NCBI GenBank assembly: GCA_043809315.1
Contig: JAZDDX010000033.1
Span: 1 to 35,132 of the forward strand
Reading direction: 5' to 3'
From: Pseudomonadota bacterium
GTDB taxonomy: Bacteria; Bdellovibrionota_G; JALEGL01; DATDPG01
DNA length: 35,132 bases
A program made the position numbers and the translations under genes. A model generated the notes under the pieces. It was given only the letters and a program-made list of their open reading frames with translations. It had not been told where the DNA came from and searched no databases. Shown piece after piece: positions 18,433 through 27,723 of this stretch; the first letter of the stretch is position 1; every line of letters begins with the position of its first letter.

Positions 18433-18885
18433 TTATTTGGGCGAAGCAATCAGCCGATTGAGGCGCTGCGCGAGGGTGCGAAGTTCTTTCGGGACATCGC
18501 TCCCATCCCACCATGTGACCTCGTGGTCGGCCCCCTCTTCGCTCACCTTCAGCGTGTATCGGAACGTATCGCGACCCTTATTCACCGTGCGAAGACTGTC
18601 CAAGCTTTCGAGATCGAGTGAATCCAAAAGACTGATCAGGGTATCGACGGAGCTGCTCGGAAGTTGGAAATAGATCCGAGCCGCTTTTTCCTTCTTCAGG
18701 GAGATCCCGCCGCGGGGGAGATCGACGGTCGCCTTGCGATCTACCTTCAGTTGTCCGCCGTGTTGTTCGAACGTCAGGATGCGCGGCAAGATCGTGCTGC
18801 GTTTCTTGGTCTGCTGTGCCAACGCGATGGAAATCGTCCCCACAAGAACGAATGCGATCAGAGATGGAACGATGGTTCTTCTCAT
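18433..18885 (-). CDS. Secreted protein resembling emfourin (M4 protease inhibitor-like)
   Basis: Signal peptide; FEQHGG near the N-terminus and GRDTFRYTLKVSEEG..HEVTW.D...VPKELRTL at the C-terminus; ATGA overlap with the upstream gene. Confidence 0.55.
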   Translation of the reverse strand: MRRTIVPSLIAFVLVGTISIALAQQTKKRSTILPRILTFEQHGGQLKVDRKATVDLPRGGISLKKEKAARIYFQLPSSSVDTLISLLDSLDLESLDSLRTVNKGRDTFRYTLKVSEEGADHEVTWWDGSDVPKELRTLAQRLNRLIASPK

Positions 18886-19961
18886 AAAGCCGGTTCCAAG
18901 AGTTCGTCGTTCGCGATCCAGGCGGCGAAATACGCCTTGAGCCCCTTCGGGGTCTTCTGAGCAAGGATCACCAGGAACGGGGGATCGAACTGGTAGTTCC
19001 GCGGTCCCCCCCCTCTTGTCACCATGATCGTCCCGCTCGACTTGAGCAACGCCCCTTCCTTGTTCAGAACGAACTTGATGTCGTGGATCGCCGCCGCGAT
19101 CGAATAGTCGGAGTGAACGATCGGCTTCACCATTTCCGCGTAATTCTTCCGGATGTTCAGGCCGATCACGGGAACGCGCAAGCCGCTGTTCGGAACGAAA
19201 TCATCCCCATCCCCTTTCACCGAGGCAACCGCTTCATCGATCATCTCTTTCAGGGTCGGCTTCGCGTCGTTGACTTTGAGGAGGATGATCGTGTCGTACC
19301 TCTTCGCGTAATCCTTGGGACGCAATTCCACGACGGTGTGGGAGTACGAACTGTCGTGGATCCGGATCTGCGAAGCGATCGACGCCTGCCCCTTCGATCC
19401 CGCCTTGAATAGGCCGATTCCGAAGCTCTTGATCGGCGCCGGCACGTGGGTTTTCTCGTCCCAGTAATCGAGATCGACATCTTCGAACGGTTTTGCAAAC
19501 TCGAGATTCTTGAACAGATACGCGTAGGCGAGGATGTCGTCCGGTCGTAAGAGATTCACCGCGACCTTGGGCGCGTCGCTTCCAAATTTACCTTGTAATC
19601 CCTGGTTGATCTTGTCGACGATGTCGTCTTTTTTCATTCCCGCCATCGCGAAACGATCGGGGGATGGCACGTCGAAGAAATACGGGTCAACGTCGTTGAG
19701 CGCGTCGGACCAGTTAGACTGTCCTTTCAGCTTCAGCGGAAGCGCCCGGTCGAAGACCTTCACCTCCCCCAAAACATTCCAGGCATGAGCCATCGTGTCG
19801 CAATAGATCTGGTTCCTCTCGGCGTTGAACTTGAGCGTCGGAGCCGGCACTACGTCGGTTCGTTTGAAGTCGTTCGCATCTTTTGGCGTCTCGGCTGCAG
19901 AGGAGGTCCCGACAACGACCAATGCGAAAAGAAACGGAACAACTCTTCTTGGGAGGGTCAT
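18882..19961 (-). CDS. Secreted divergent serpin-like protein
   Basis: Signal peptide. The C-terminal HDIKFVLNKEGALLKSSG...PRNYQFDPPFLVIL.....YFAAWI parallels the serpin pattern H.a.i.V.EEG.E / F..d.PF; LEFAKPF parallels W..pF. Confidence 0.55.
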   Translation of the reverse strand: MTLPRRVVPFLFALVVVGTSSAAETPKDANDFKRTDVVPAPTLKFNAERNQIYCDTMAHAWNVLGEVKVFDRALPLKLKGQSNWSDALNDVDPYFFDVPSPDRFAMAGMKKDDIVDKINQGLQGKFGSDAPKVAVNLLRPDDILAYAYLFKNLEFAKPFEDVDLDYWDEKTHVPAPIKSFGIGLFKAGSKGQASIASQIRIHDSSYSHTVVELRPKDYAKRYDTIILLKVNDAKPTLKEMIDEAVASVKGDGDDFVPNSGLRVPVIGLNIRKNYAEMVKPIVHSDYSIAAAIHDIKFVLNKEGALLKSSGTIMVTRGGGPRNYQFDPPFLVILAQKTPKGLKAYFAAWIANDELLEPAL

Positions 19962-20036
19962 GAGGCGGATTCTAATCCCCTTTTAACTGTTTGCATCAAG
20001 ACTAATTCGGAAAGCGCTGTTAGGATCAAAACCCTC

Positions 20037-20276
20037 GTGATTTCCGAGAGTTCCAAACCTCCCGTTCGCGTGATCGACAGTCTCTGGACGTTCGTCCTCG
20101 CCGTCTGCGTCGTCGGACCGCTTGCGCTCCCGCTCTTCTGGCGGAACCCGCGCTTCTCCCGTCAGACGAAAGTGATCGTTTCGATCGTGGTGATCCTATT
20201 TACGGTGCTGTTGACGATCTTCGCGGGAGCGTTGATCGGATATCTGACCGGTCAGCTCGCGGATTTCGCGGGCTAA
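20037..20276 (+). CDS. Small 2-TM membrane protein (about 79 aa)
   Basis: GTG start after an extended -10 (TGTTAGGAT); VGPLALPLFWRNPRFS..K between two hydrophobic segments. Confidence 0.65.
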   Translation: MISESSKPPVRVIDSLWTFVLAVCVVGPLALPLFWRNPRFSRQTKVIVSIVVILFTVLLTIFAGALIGYLTGQLADFAG

Positions 20277-21316
20277 GGTTTTCGTTCCACTTTCGGCATT
20301 CGCGGACCCCTGCCCGGACCCTGAGGTCCGCGTCCCGGCGGCCCACCCCGCCCTCCATCCGGCCTCGGCCCTCGCGGACCTTGCGGAGGGCGTCCCCCGG
20401 CAGCAGTTCGCGGCGGTCCGTCCCCGCGCGGCGGGCGCGGGGGGAATCCTGGACGGTCGGGACGCCCGGCCCCTGCCCTGGGAGCCCCTCCTCGCGGACC
20501 TTTCCGGTCCCCACGATCGTCCCTTTTTCCCTTGCCCCCTCTTCCTCGACCACCTCGTCGATCATCCTCCCGGGGAGGGGGTTCCGGTCGATAGAGATAT
20601 TCCAGCACGTAGACAAAATCGCCGATCTTCCGGCCGAACTTCGGGAGAGGTTCATCCTCTTTGTCCGGTTTGAACAGGACGACGCGGCGGAGGCGATCGA
20701 GGTTCTTTGGATCGATCAGATCGAACACCGTCATCGCCTGCGCGATCCGCTCGTCGCTCCACTGATACTTCTCCTTGATCTTCGCGGTCAGCGGCCCTTT
20801 CACCGCCTCGAGAAGCGCGAACATCTCCTTCTTCCGGCGCTCGAAATCCCTCTTCTTCCGCTCCTCGAACTCCGCCATCCGCTGCTCGACGCTCTTGATC
20901 CGCGGATCTTGATTTGGATTCGCCTCCTGTGGAGGTAGAGCTGGCGGTTCTTCGACCACCGGTTCGGCGGGAGCGGCATCGACTGGCACCTCTTCGGATG
21001 CCGGAGCCTCGGGAGCGACTTCCAGAGGAGGCTCGGGGATCGATTCGACGACCGGTTCCGGCTCCGCCGGTGGAGCGGTCTCCTCCGACGCGGTCTCTTC
21101 GGGAGGGGATTCGGGTGCAGCCGTTTCCTCGGTTGGCGGGGGCGGTGAGTCCTCTGGGACCGGAGCCGCTTCCGCTACCGGCGCACTCTCCGGTTTCACG
21201 ACCGACTTCGGCGGCCGCTTGAGCCACTTCTCCTTTCGCGCCGTCTCGACCAGCTCGGCACACCATCGATAGATTTCCCGGAGAGGAATCCCCGGAATCT
21301 CGGTGAAGGTTTTCAC
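20273..21316 (-). CDS. Hypothetical protein with a Pro/Glu-rich linker and an RGG/Pro-rich disordered tail
   Basis: AAGGAG RBS plus GTG; acidic low-complexity region, charged coiled coil, small globular domain, then an RGG-rich C-terminus. Confidence 0.8.
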   Translation of the reverse strand: MKTFTEIPGIPLREIYRWCAELVETARKEKWLKRPPKSVVKPESAPVAEAAPVPEDSPPPPTEETAAPESPPEETASEETAPPAEPEPVVESIPEPPLEVAPEAPASEEVPVDAAPAEPVVEEPPALPPQEANPNQDPRIKSVEQRMAEFEERKKRDFERRKKEMFALLEAVKGPLTAKIKEKYQWSDERIAQAMTVFDLIDPKNLDRLRRVVLFKPDKEDEPLPKFGRKIGDFVYVLEYLYRPEPPPREDDRRGGRGRGGKGKRDDRGDRKGPRGGAPRAGAGRPDRPGFPPRPPRGDGPPRTAAGGRPPQGPRGPRPDGGRGGPPGRGPQGPGRGPRMPKVERKP

Positions 21317-21357
21317 CGTCGCTCCTTTATCCAGCCCGCTCGGCGGGCGGTTTCACG

Positions 21358-21954
21358 TCAGTAACTGAACCCGACTCCACCCAAAATGCCGTACACGATC
21401 CCCTTTTTCGAATCGGTCCCGGTTGCGGAGAGCGGGCCCGCGTCGACGAAGTATTTCCTCCAGAAATCGTAATCCAGCGCCATCGGCGTGAAGCTGACAT
21501 GGAGGCTCTTCGTGATCTTGTACTGCAAGGCGAGGTTAAACTGCATCCCGAGCTCGATCACGTGCCCCGTAGACCCGGTGGCACTCAGTTTTTGATAATT
21601 CACCACGAGTCCGACCCCCGGCCCGATCCACAGTTTCTCCAACGCCGAGATCGGCGCAATAAAGTACTGGAACCTCGGCTTGATGCCGGCCATGAAAATC
21701 TTCTGACCAAAGGAGATCGACAGGGGGAAGGCGAAGAAGCGACTTCCCGGCTCGAACTGGATCTGAAATCTTGCATCTCGTCCTGTGCACGCTGCCCCAC
21801 TGGCACAAAACAGCGCACCGACGTTCCCGTCGATATACGATCCGAACGATCCCGCTTCTGGAGCAACCGTGGTCGCCCCTTGCGCGAATGAACGACCCGT
21901 GGAGAGAACCAGACCTAACGAAAGAATGGCTAGAAAAAGGGGTAGTTTTTTCAT
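21358..21954 (-). CDS. Small outer-membrane beta-barrel protein
   Basis: Signal peptide; alternating amphipathic strands; C-terminal GVGFSY aromatic beta-signal; promoter TTGAAG-N16-TAAGCT-N7-ATG. Confidence 0.75.
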   Translation of the reverse strand: MKKLPLFLAILSLGLVLSTGRSFAQGATTVAPEAGSFGSYIDGNVGALFCASGAACTGRDARFQIQFEPGSRFFAFPLSISFGQKIFMAGIKPRFQYFIAPISALEKLWIGPGVGLVVNYQKLSATGSTGHVIELGMQFNLALQYKITKSLHVSFTPMALDYDFWRKYFVDAGPLSATGTDSKKGIVYGILGGVGFSY

Positions 21955-21985
21955 GCGGCGCAGCTTAGCCGAACCGCGAAAAGCT

Positions 21986-23665
21986 TCAACTTGTTACGCA
22001 GATCTTCCAGACGGCGTCGGCCGCGCTCCGCGCCCTCGCCAGAAGCTCCTCCGCGCGTTTTCCCAGCCGGTTGGCAACCGCGCGGTCCTTGAGGGTGGCG
22101 ATGTTGATCTTGACGTTCAGGTACGCCCCTTCCGCCCCGGCACGTGCCATCGATGCGGCCACACCGGCATCACTTCGAGAGGAAGGGTTCCCTTTTTCCG
22201 CCACGACCTTCGCCAAATCCAGGATCGCCGGCATCTTCTCGAGAACGGAAAGCGGAACTTCAGCGGCCCCCCGCGTCGCCTCTTCGATCGCGGCCAAACG
22301 GACGCTCTCCTGCTCCGATGTCCCTTTTGGCAGGCGAAACGCCTCCATCACCTTATCAAACGCCTCAGTATCCCGATCGACGGCGGCAACCAACTCGTTC
22401 TTGAGCTCCTGCCCCCGAACGGCGACTTGGACCATCTCCTCGTGAACCGCGGCGAACTTCTTTTTCCCCTGCGTCAGGTTCGCAACCATCGCTGAAAGTC
22501 CGGCCGCGAGAGAACCTGCGAGAGCCGCGACGCTCCCCCCTCCAGGAGTCGGGGTTTCGGTCGAGCACTCATCCACGAATTGCGAAACCGGCATCGAAAC
22601 CAAACGACCCATACGACCCTCCAATCGGTATTCGATCACTTTCTCTTTCGGTACGAACGGCGACAGCTCACGCAGACCGAGCGACTGAACGGCCGTCTCT
22701 ACCAGATACGACTCGGGGACTCCCCATGATCGCCGCTGTTTTTTCAAATAGAATTTTCCGGCATCGAGAAGCGCATCGAGCGGAATCAACCCGACCAGTT
22801 CGCTCCCGGTCACGCGGACGCCGAGCTTTTCCGCCTCCTCGCAACAGGTTTCGAATGCAACGTGCGGCGGGGTCGCACGGAAATCGGTCAGGTTGATCGA
22901 GATCTGCGCGCGGTTGTACGCGTCGATGTACCAGCCGGTCGCCTTGCACGCCTTGAGCCGCCCGACCGTCCGCAACGGTTTCCCGTCCGGTCCATTCACA
23001 GGCTGACCGTTGACATCTTTCACCGGCCGGCCGCTCTCCCGGATGTTCCCGGAGATTTCGTTGGCGATCTTCGTGTCGCGTGTGTTGAGGTTCACGTTGT
23101 AGGCGATCAGGAACGGGCGGACGCCGATCACCGTGGCCCCCGACTTCGCTTGAAACTCTTTCGGGCCGAAGTCCGGTTTCCACTTCGGATCTTTCATCTT
23201 CGCCGCGAGCCCTTCGTATTCGCCGGCCCGGATGTCGGAAAGGTTCCGACGGTACGGGGCCGATGCCGCCGCCTCATAGAGATAAACTGGAATCGAAAGC
23301 TTTTCCCCAACCCGTTTCCCCAGACGCCGGGCCAACTCCACACATTCTTGTTCCGTGATTCCGGAGATCGGGACGAACGGACAAACGTCGGTCGCCCCCA
23401 TTCGGGGGTGCGCGCCATGGTGCCGCCGCATGTCGATCAATTCGGATGCCTTTTGAATCGCCCGGAACGCCCCCTCGACGATCGCATCGGGAGATCCGAC
23501 TGCGGTCACGACAGTCCGGTTCGTATCGGCCCCGGGATCAACGTCGAGGACGGTTACGCCTTGAACCTCCGCCATGGAGGCGACGATCCGGTCGATCTTC
23601 GCACGGTCCACCCCTTCGCTGAAGTTCGGAACGCACTCGACGATCGCTTTCTGAACTCCGGTCAC
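21986..23665 (-). CDS. ftcd: Bifunctional glutamate formimidoyltransferase / formimidoyltetrahydrofolate cyclodeaminase
   Basis: VECVPNFSEG, H.G.HPRMGA.DVCPF, LIAYNVNL and GSELVGL; cyclodeaminase part TPGGGS.AA and D.D..AF. Probable GTG start at 23665. Confidence 0.95.
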   Translation of the reverse strand: MTGVQKAIVECVPNFSEGVDRAKIDRIVASMAEVQGVTVLDVDPGADTNRTVVTAVGSPDAIVEGAFRAIQKASELIDMRRHHGAHPRMGATDVCPFVPISGITEQECVELARRLGKRVGEKLSIPVYLYEAAASAPYRRNLSDIRAGEYEGLAAKMKDPKWKPDFGPKEFQAKSGATVIGVRPFLIAYNVNLNTRDTKIANEISGNIRESGRPVKDVNGQPVNGPDGKPLRTVGRLKACKATGWYIDAYNRAQISINLTDFRATPPHVAFETCCEEAEKLGVRVTGSELVGLIPLDALLDAGKFYLKKQRRSWGVPESYLVETAVQSLGLRELSPFVPKEKVIEYRLEGRMGRLVSMPVSQFVDECSTETPTPGGGSVAALAGSLAAGLSAMVANLTQGKKKFAAVHEEMVQVAVRGQELKNELVAAVDRDTEAFDKVMEAFRLPKGTSEQESVRLAAIEEATRGAAEVPLSVLEKMPAILDLAKVVAEKGNPSSRSDAGVAASMARAGAEGAYLNVKINIATLKDRAVANRLGKRAEELLARARSAADAVWKICVTS

Positions 23666-23691
23666 CGCGCGAATTAATCCCAAATGAACGC

Positions 23692-25196
23692 CTATTTGGC
23701 AAGCCGCTTCCACAGGAAGTAAACCGGGATCCCGCTCAAGACAATCACCAGCCCCGGCCAGGTGGTCTGCGTCTTATAGAGCGCGAGGACGACGATCAGG
23801 ATCGAAGCCCCCCCGATGTAGAGCGCCGGAAGAAACGGGTAGCCGAACGCTTTGTACGGCCGCTCCGCGTCCGGGCGTTTTTTCCGAAGGATGAAGAGGC
23901 CGATGATCGTCAGGACGTAAAAGATCAGGACCGAGAAGATTACGTAGTCGAGGAGGTTGCTGTAGAGGTTCCCATACGTCACCGTACCGTCCGCTCCGTG
24001 AATGATCGTTCGAGGAAGAACCAGGAGGACCGCCCAGATCCCCTGCAGCACCAACCCAGCCGCCGGGACATGGTTCTTGTTCAGCGTGCCGGTGGCGCGG
24101 AAGAAAAGTCCGTCCTTCGCCATCGCGTAATAGACCCTGGCGCCGGACAGGATGATCCCGTTGTTGCATCCGAACGTCGAGATCACGATTGCGATCGCCA
24201 TCAGGACCGCGCCCGCATCTCCAAAAATCACTTTGAGAGCCGCCGTCGCAACCCGGTCGTCAGCGGCGGAGGCGATCTCCGGCATCCGAAGAACACTCAA
24301 GTAGGCGACGTTCGAAAGAAGGTAGATCACGGTGACCAGCCCGGTCCCGATCGCCAGCGCCAGCGGAAGGTTCCGCTTCGGGTTTTTCACCTCCCCCGCC
24401 GTGAAGGTGATGTTGTTCCAGGCGTCGGAGGCAAAGAGCGACCCGACCTGCGCAACGCAAAGGGCGATCAGAAGGCCGAAAAATCCGTCCGTCGCCGAGA
24501 CCGTCGGAAGGAACGAGAAGTCCGGGCGAACCGGGACGACATCGCGGGGAGTCCAACCCGAACCGAAGTTCGCCGCGACGACATCGACGTTCCGAGCGAT
24601 CACGACTCCGATCACGATCAATGCGATCAACGCAAGGGTCTTCGCCGACGTGAAGATGTTCTGGATGATCTTCCCCGTCCGTAACCCCCGCGTGTTGAGA
24701 TAGGTGAGAAGAGCGATCACGAGGACCGCCACCAACTGTTGTGTCGAGAAGCTCACCGCGTAGTTCTGGGAAAGATGGATCGGCGGGATCAGGAACGACG
24801 TCGGGGAGACCGGCGGGACCAGGACTCCCAGGAAGCGCGAGAAGGCAACCGCGACCGCCGCGATCGTCCCGGTTTGGATTACCAGAAATTGCGCCCATCC
24901 CCAGAGGAAACCCCAGAGAGGAGAGTACGACTCCTTCAGGTAGACGTATTGCCCCCCGCCTTCGGCATCATCGCCGCAAGTTCGCCGTAGGAAAGTGCCG
25001 CCGCGCAGGTCAGAAAACCGGTCACGATCCAGCAGATCATCAGCCAATACGGGGATCCGAGATTCCGCGTGATGTCGGCGGATACGATGAAGATCCCCGA
25101 CCCGATCATCGATCCGGCGACGATCATCGTCGAATCCCAGAGACCCAACCCCTGGACGAACCCTTCCTTGGACGGCTGCGTGTCGTTCTGTGCCAT
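23692..25196 (-). pseudogene. APC-family amino acid permease split by a -1 frameshift in a G6 run (pseudogene, phase variant or sequencing error)
   Basis: The N-terminal frame (GSMIGSGIF...YGELAAMMPKAGG) and the C-terminal frame (QYVYLKESY...) join into one 501-aa protein if one G is added at 24952-24957. Confidence 0.85.
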
Positions 25197-25225
25197 GATG
25201 GATTCTTACGATACGCTGGCCGCGG

Positions 25226-26038
25226 ATGTTGTCCAAGCGAACGAGAAGAATTCTCGGGTATAGTGCGGCCGGATTGACCGCCTTCGCTCTCCTCCCCCGA
25301 CTTCTTGCCGACCGGCTCCTCTACTTTCCGGAGAGGCGATACGATTCCCGTCCGGAAATGTACCGAATCCCCTACGAAGAGGTCCGTCTCACGACCGAAG
25401 ACGGCGTGAAGCTCCACGCCTGGTGGACCGGCGAACCGTCCCAAAAGACCACGGTTCTCTTCTTCCACGGCAACGCCGGAAACATCAGCCACCGCTTGGA
25501 GCGCATCCTCACGCTCCACTCTCTGAAGGTCCGGTTCTTTCTCCTTGGATACCGGGGGTACGGAGAGAGCGAGGGGAAGCCGAAGGAGGACGGGCTCTAC
25601 CGGGACGCGACGGCGGCGTACCGGTACCTCATGGATCACGGCGTGCCGGCGAAGAACCTCTACCTCTTCGGCGAATCGTTGGGTGGGGCCGTCGCGATCG
25701 AACTGGCCACGCGTCTTCCGGTGGCCGGTCTGATTCTCGAAAGCACGTTCACCTCCGTCCGGGAGATGGCCTGGCTTCACTACCCGTTCTTCCCCTCCCT
25801 CATCGTCCCGGACCAGTTTCCGTCGCTTGCGCGGATTCCGAAGATCCGCTCAAAATTCTTGATCGTCCACGGCAATCACGACGAGATCGCGCCGTTTTCG
25901 ATGGGCGAACGACTGTTTGCGGCTGCCAACGAACCGAAATCGTTCTTTCCGGTCCCCGGCGCGGGGCACAACGACGTCTATGTCGTCAGTGGAAGAGCGT
26001 ATATTGATCGGATCGCCAACTTTCTCGAGAACCGATAA
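25226..26038 (+). CDS. Alpha/beta hydrolase (Bem46/ABHD13-like) with N-terminal anchor
   Basis: FHGNAGN, YRGYG.S.G.P.E.GLY.DA, nucleophile GESLGG, HG..DEI and GAGHND. Confidence 0.92.
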   Translation: MLSKRTRRILGYSAAGLTAFALLPRLLADRLLYFPERRYDSRPEMYRIPYEEVRLTTEDGVKLHAWWTGEPSQKTTVLFFHGNAGNISHRLERILTLHSLKVRFFLLGYRGYGESEGKPKEDGLYRDATAAYRYLMDHGVPAKNLYLFGESLGGAVAIELATRLPVAGLILESTFTSVREMAWLHYPFFPSLIVPDQFPSLARIPKIRSKFLIVHGNHDEIAPFSMGERLFAAANEPKSFFPVPGAGHNDVYVVSGRAYIDRIANFLENR

Positions 26039-26074
26039 AATGGAAAAGTTGGTCTCTGTTTCGTTTTCCCGAAA

Positions 26075-26087
26075 TATCAGTAAGTTA
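26075..26087 (+). promoter_or_regulatory. IHF-consensus site in a convergent intergenic gap
   Basis: TATCAGTAAGTTA is an exact match to WATCAR-N4-TTR. Confidence 0.4.
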
Positions 26088-26134
26088 TGTGTGCGATCTA
26101 AGCCGCGGAGGCCCCATGCAAGATGAGGTAAGCG

Positions 26135-26704
26135 TCAGCCGGCGCGGCCGGTGATCCCGAGCTCAGAAGCGTGGGGCCTCAGAGCCTCGATCACCATCCG
26201 AATGTGAGCCTCCAAGTCGGCTCCGAGCATCTCGATTCCTTGGAAAATCTCGGAGCGGTCGACCTTCGCGGCGAACGCCTTGTCCTTGAGTTTTTTCTTC
26301 ACGCTCTTCGGCTCGAGGGTCGAGATCCCCTCCGGCCGGACGAGGCAGCAGGCGCCGACAAACCCGGCCAGCTCGTCGCAGGCAAGAAGTGCTTTGTCGA
26401 GCTGGGTCTCGTACGAAATCCCAAATTTTGTGAAATGGGCGGAAACGGCGTGGGCGATCTCCTCCTCCCCCCGCTCCCGAAGCCAGGCGACGATCTTTTT
26501 GGGATGCTCCTCCGGCCATTGATCGTAATCGGCGTCATGAAGCAGGCCGGCGATCCCCCACCTCTCGACATCCGCATCCCCTTTTCCGTAGGTCTCCGCG
26601 GCCGCCCGCATGACGATTTCGACCGACCGCGCGTGCATCCGGAGCGCTTCCGTCTTCGTCCAATCGCAGAGATGGGCCCAGGCTTCGAGTCGGTTTAGTG
26701 GCAT
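26135..26704 (-). CDS. HD-domain phosphohydrolase (HDIG/COG2316-like)
   Basis: L..H...VE..M, GLLHDAD, EEHP, AVSAH, ACDELAG and K.K.FAA.V.R motifs; GAGG RBS. Confidence 0.9.
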   Translation of the reverse strand: MPLNRLEAWAHLCDWTKTEALRMHARSVEIVMRAAAETYGKGDADVERWGIAGLLHDADYDQWPEEHPKKIVAWLRERGEEEIAHAVSAHFTKFGISYETQLDKALLACDELAGFVGACCLVRPEGISTLEPKSVKKKLKDKAFAAKVDRSEIFQGIEMLGADLEAHIRMVIEALRPHASELGITGRAG

Positions 26705-26746
26705 AACGGTCCTCAGCTATCAAAATGCGGAGAAAAGAGAAAGTCG

Positions 26747-27655
26747 CTATTGCCGGTGAACCCTTTTCTGGAAATGCGTGTAATCGAACGGTGCCTCCCT
26801 AAGTCTTCGGTAGGCCGCCTCCTCGTCGTCAGCCTGACTGGGATGAACCGAAAAATCCTTGCAGGTCGTTTGTTTTTGGATTTCAACGCTCTTGTTCACA
26901 TTTTCCGGGGACAGTTCGGGCACGAGAGTCATCCGTTCGAACGCAAAGCCGCCCGCAACCTGGAAATATTTTGAAAAATCATGAAAGGCTCCGAAGATGA
27001 GTGCCACACGAGGGGGCCGCGAACCATCGGACTCGCAGATCTCTCTGACTCGCCTTGCAGCAATCTCTTCGCGGCGGTCGTTGACGAACGCCTTGACGTC
27101 AGGATCAAGCAACGTGGCGCAGCCCAGATCGTCCCCATACTCGCGTTGAATGCTTTCTCCCTTGGCGGCGATCTCCTCTGAATCTGCTCCGATGGCGGAT
27201 CCATATAGGGTCGGAATCCGACCCAAGTAGAAGAGCGTTCGAGCCCCCCCAACGGAGTACACGACTGTCTTTTGCTCGGCCGTCAACTCTTCCGGACGAG
27301 AGGGATATCCGTCCGAGAAAACCGATCGGACTTGATTCAGCTCGGAGCCGGGTTTCTGACTTTCCGAACGGTAGTACTCGGGTGTCATGTCGAAGCCCAG
27401 CGTTTCATCGACCACTTTGATGGAGGACGATCGTTCCAGAATGTAGCGAGCGATCCGATCCTGAGTTCTCGTGATCATTTCGATTTGACCGGGGGACAGC
27501 TCCCAACCCGGAAACGAGTGCATTTGCGCCAGGTGAGCAACATGGCATGTGCCGTCGTTCGAAATCGCGGGAACGGAGGCACGTGGCCGGGCGACCGAGG
27601 CTCCGTACGTGAAGACCAAAACCAAGGTTGCCACGACGGTTACGTTTCGGAACAT
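26747..27655 (-). CDS. Hypothetical secreted protein, possible EreA/ChaN/TIKI-superfamily fold
   Basis: AGGAGG RBS before ATG 27655; signal peptide; order of motifs AQMH ... VDE ... RRE ... VALIFGAFH. Confidence 0.65.
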   Translation of the reverse strand: MFRNVTVVATLVLVFTYGASVARPRASVPAISNDGTCHVAHLAQMHSFPGWELSPGQIEMITRTQDRIARYILERSSSIKVVDETLGFDMTPEYYRSESQKPGSELNQVRSVFSDGYPSRPEELTAEQKTVVYSVGGARTLFYLGRIPTLYGSAIGADSEEIAAKGESIQREYGDDLGCATLLDPDVKAFVNDRREEIAARRVREICESDGSRPPRVALIFGAFHDFSKYFQVAGGFAFERMTLVPELSPENVNKSVEIQKQTTCKDFSVHPSQADDEEAAYRRLREAPFDYTHFQKRVHRQ

Positions 27656-27671
27656 GGTCCTCCTGTACTTG

Positions 27672-27687
27672 TGCAATCCGGGTGCCA
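27672..27687 (-). promoter_or_regulatory. Sigma-54 (-24/-12) promoter
   Basis: The minus strand reads TGGCACCCGGATTGCA, an exact TGGCAC-N5-TTGCA match, 16 nt before the start at 27655. Confidence 0.75.
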
Positions 27688-27723
27688 ACTGATTTCTCGT
27701 GGCCATGAAGAATCCGGGTGTCT

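Noticed and set aside
21334-21348. Hairpin GCCCGC-TCG-GCGGGC as a terminator
   Set aside because: The stem is short and there is no U-tract on the coding (minus) strand.
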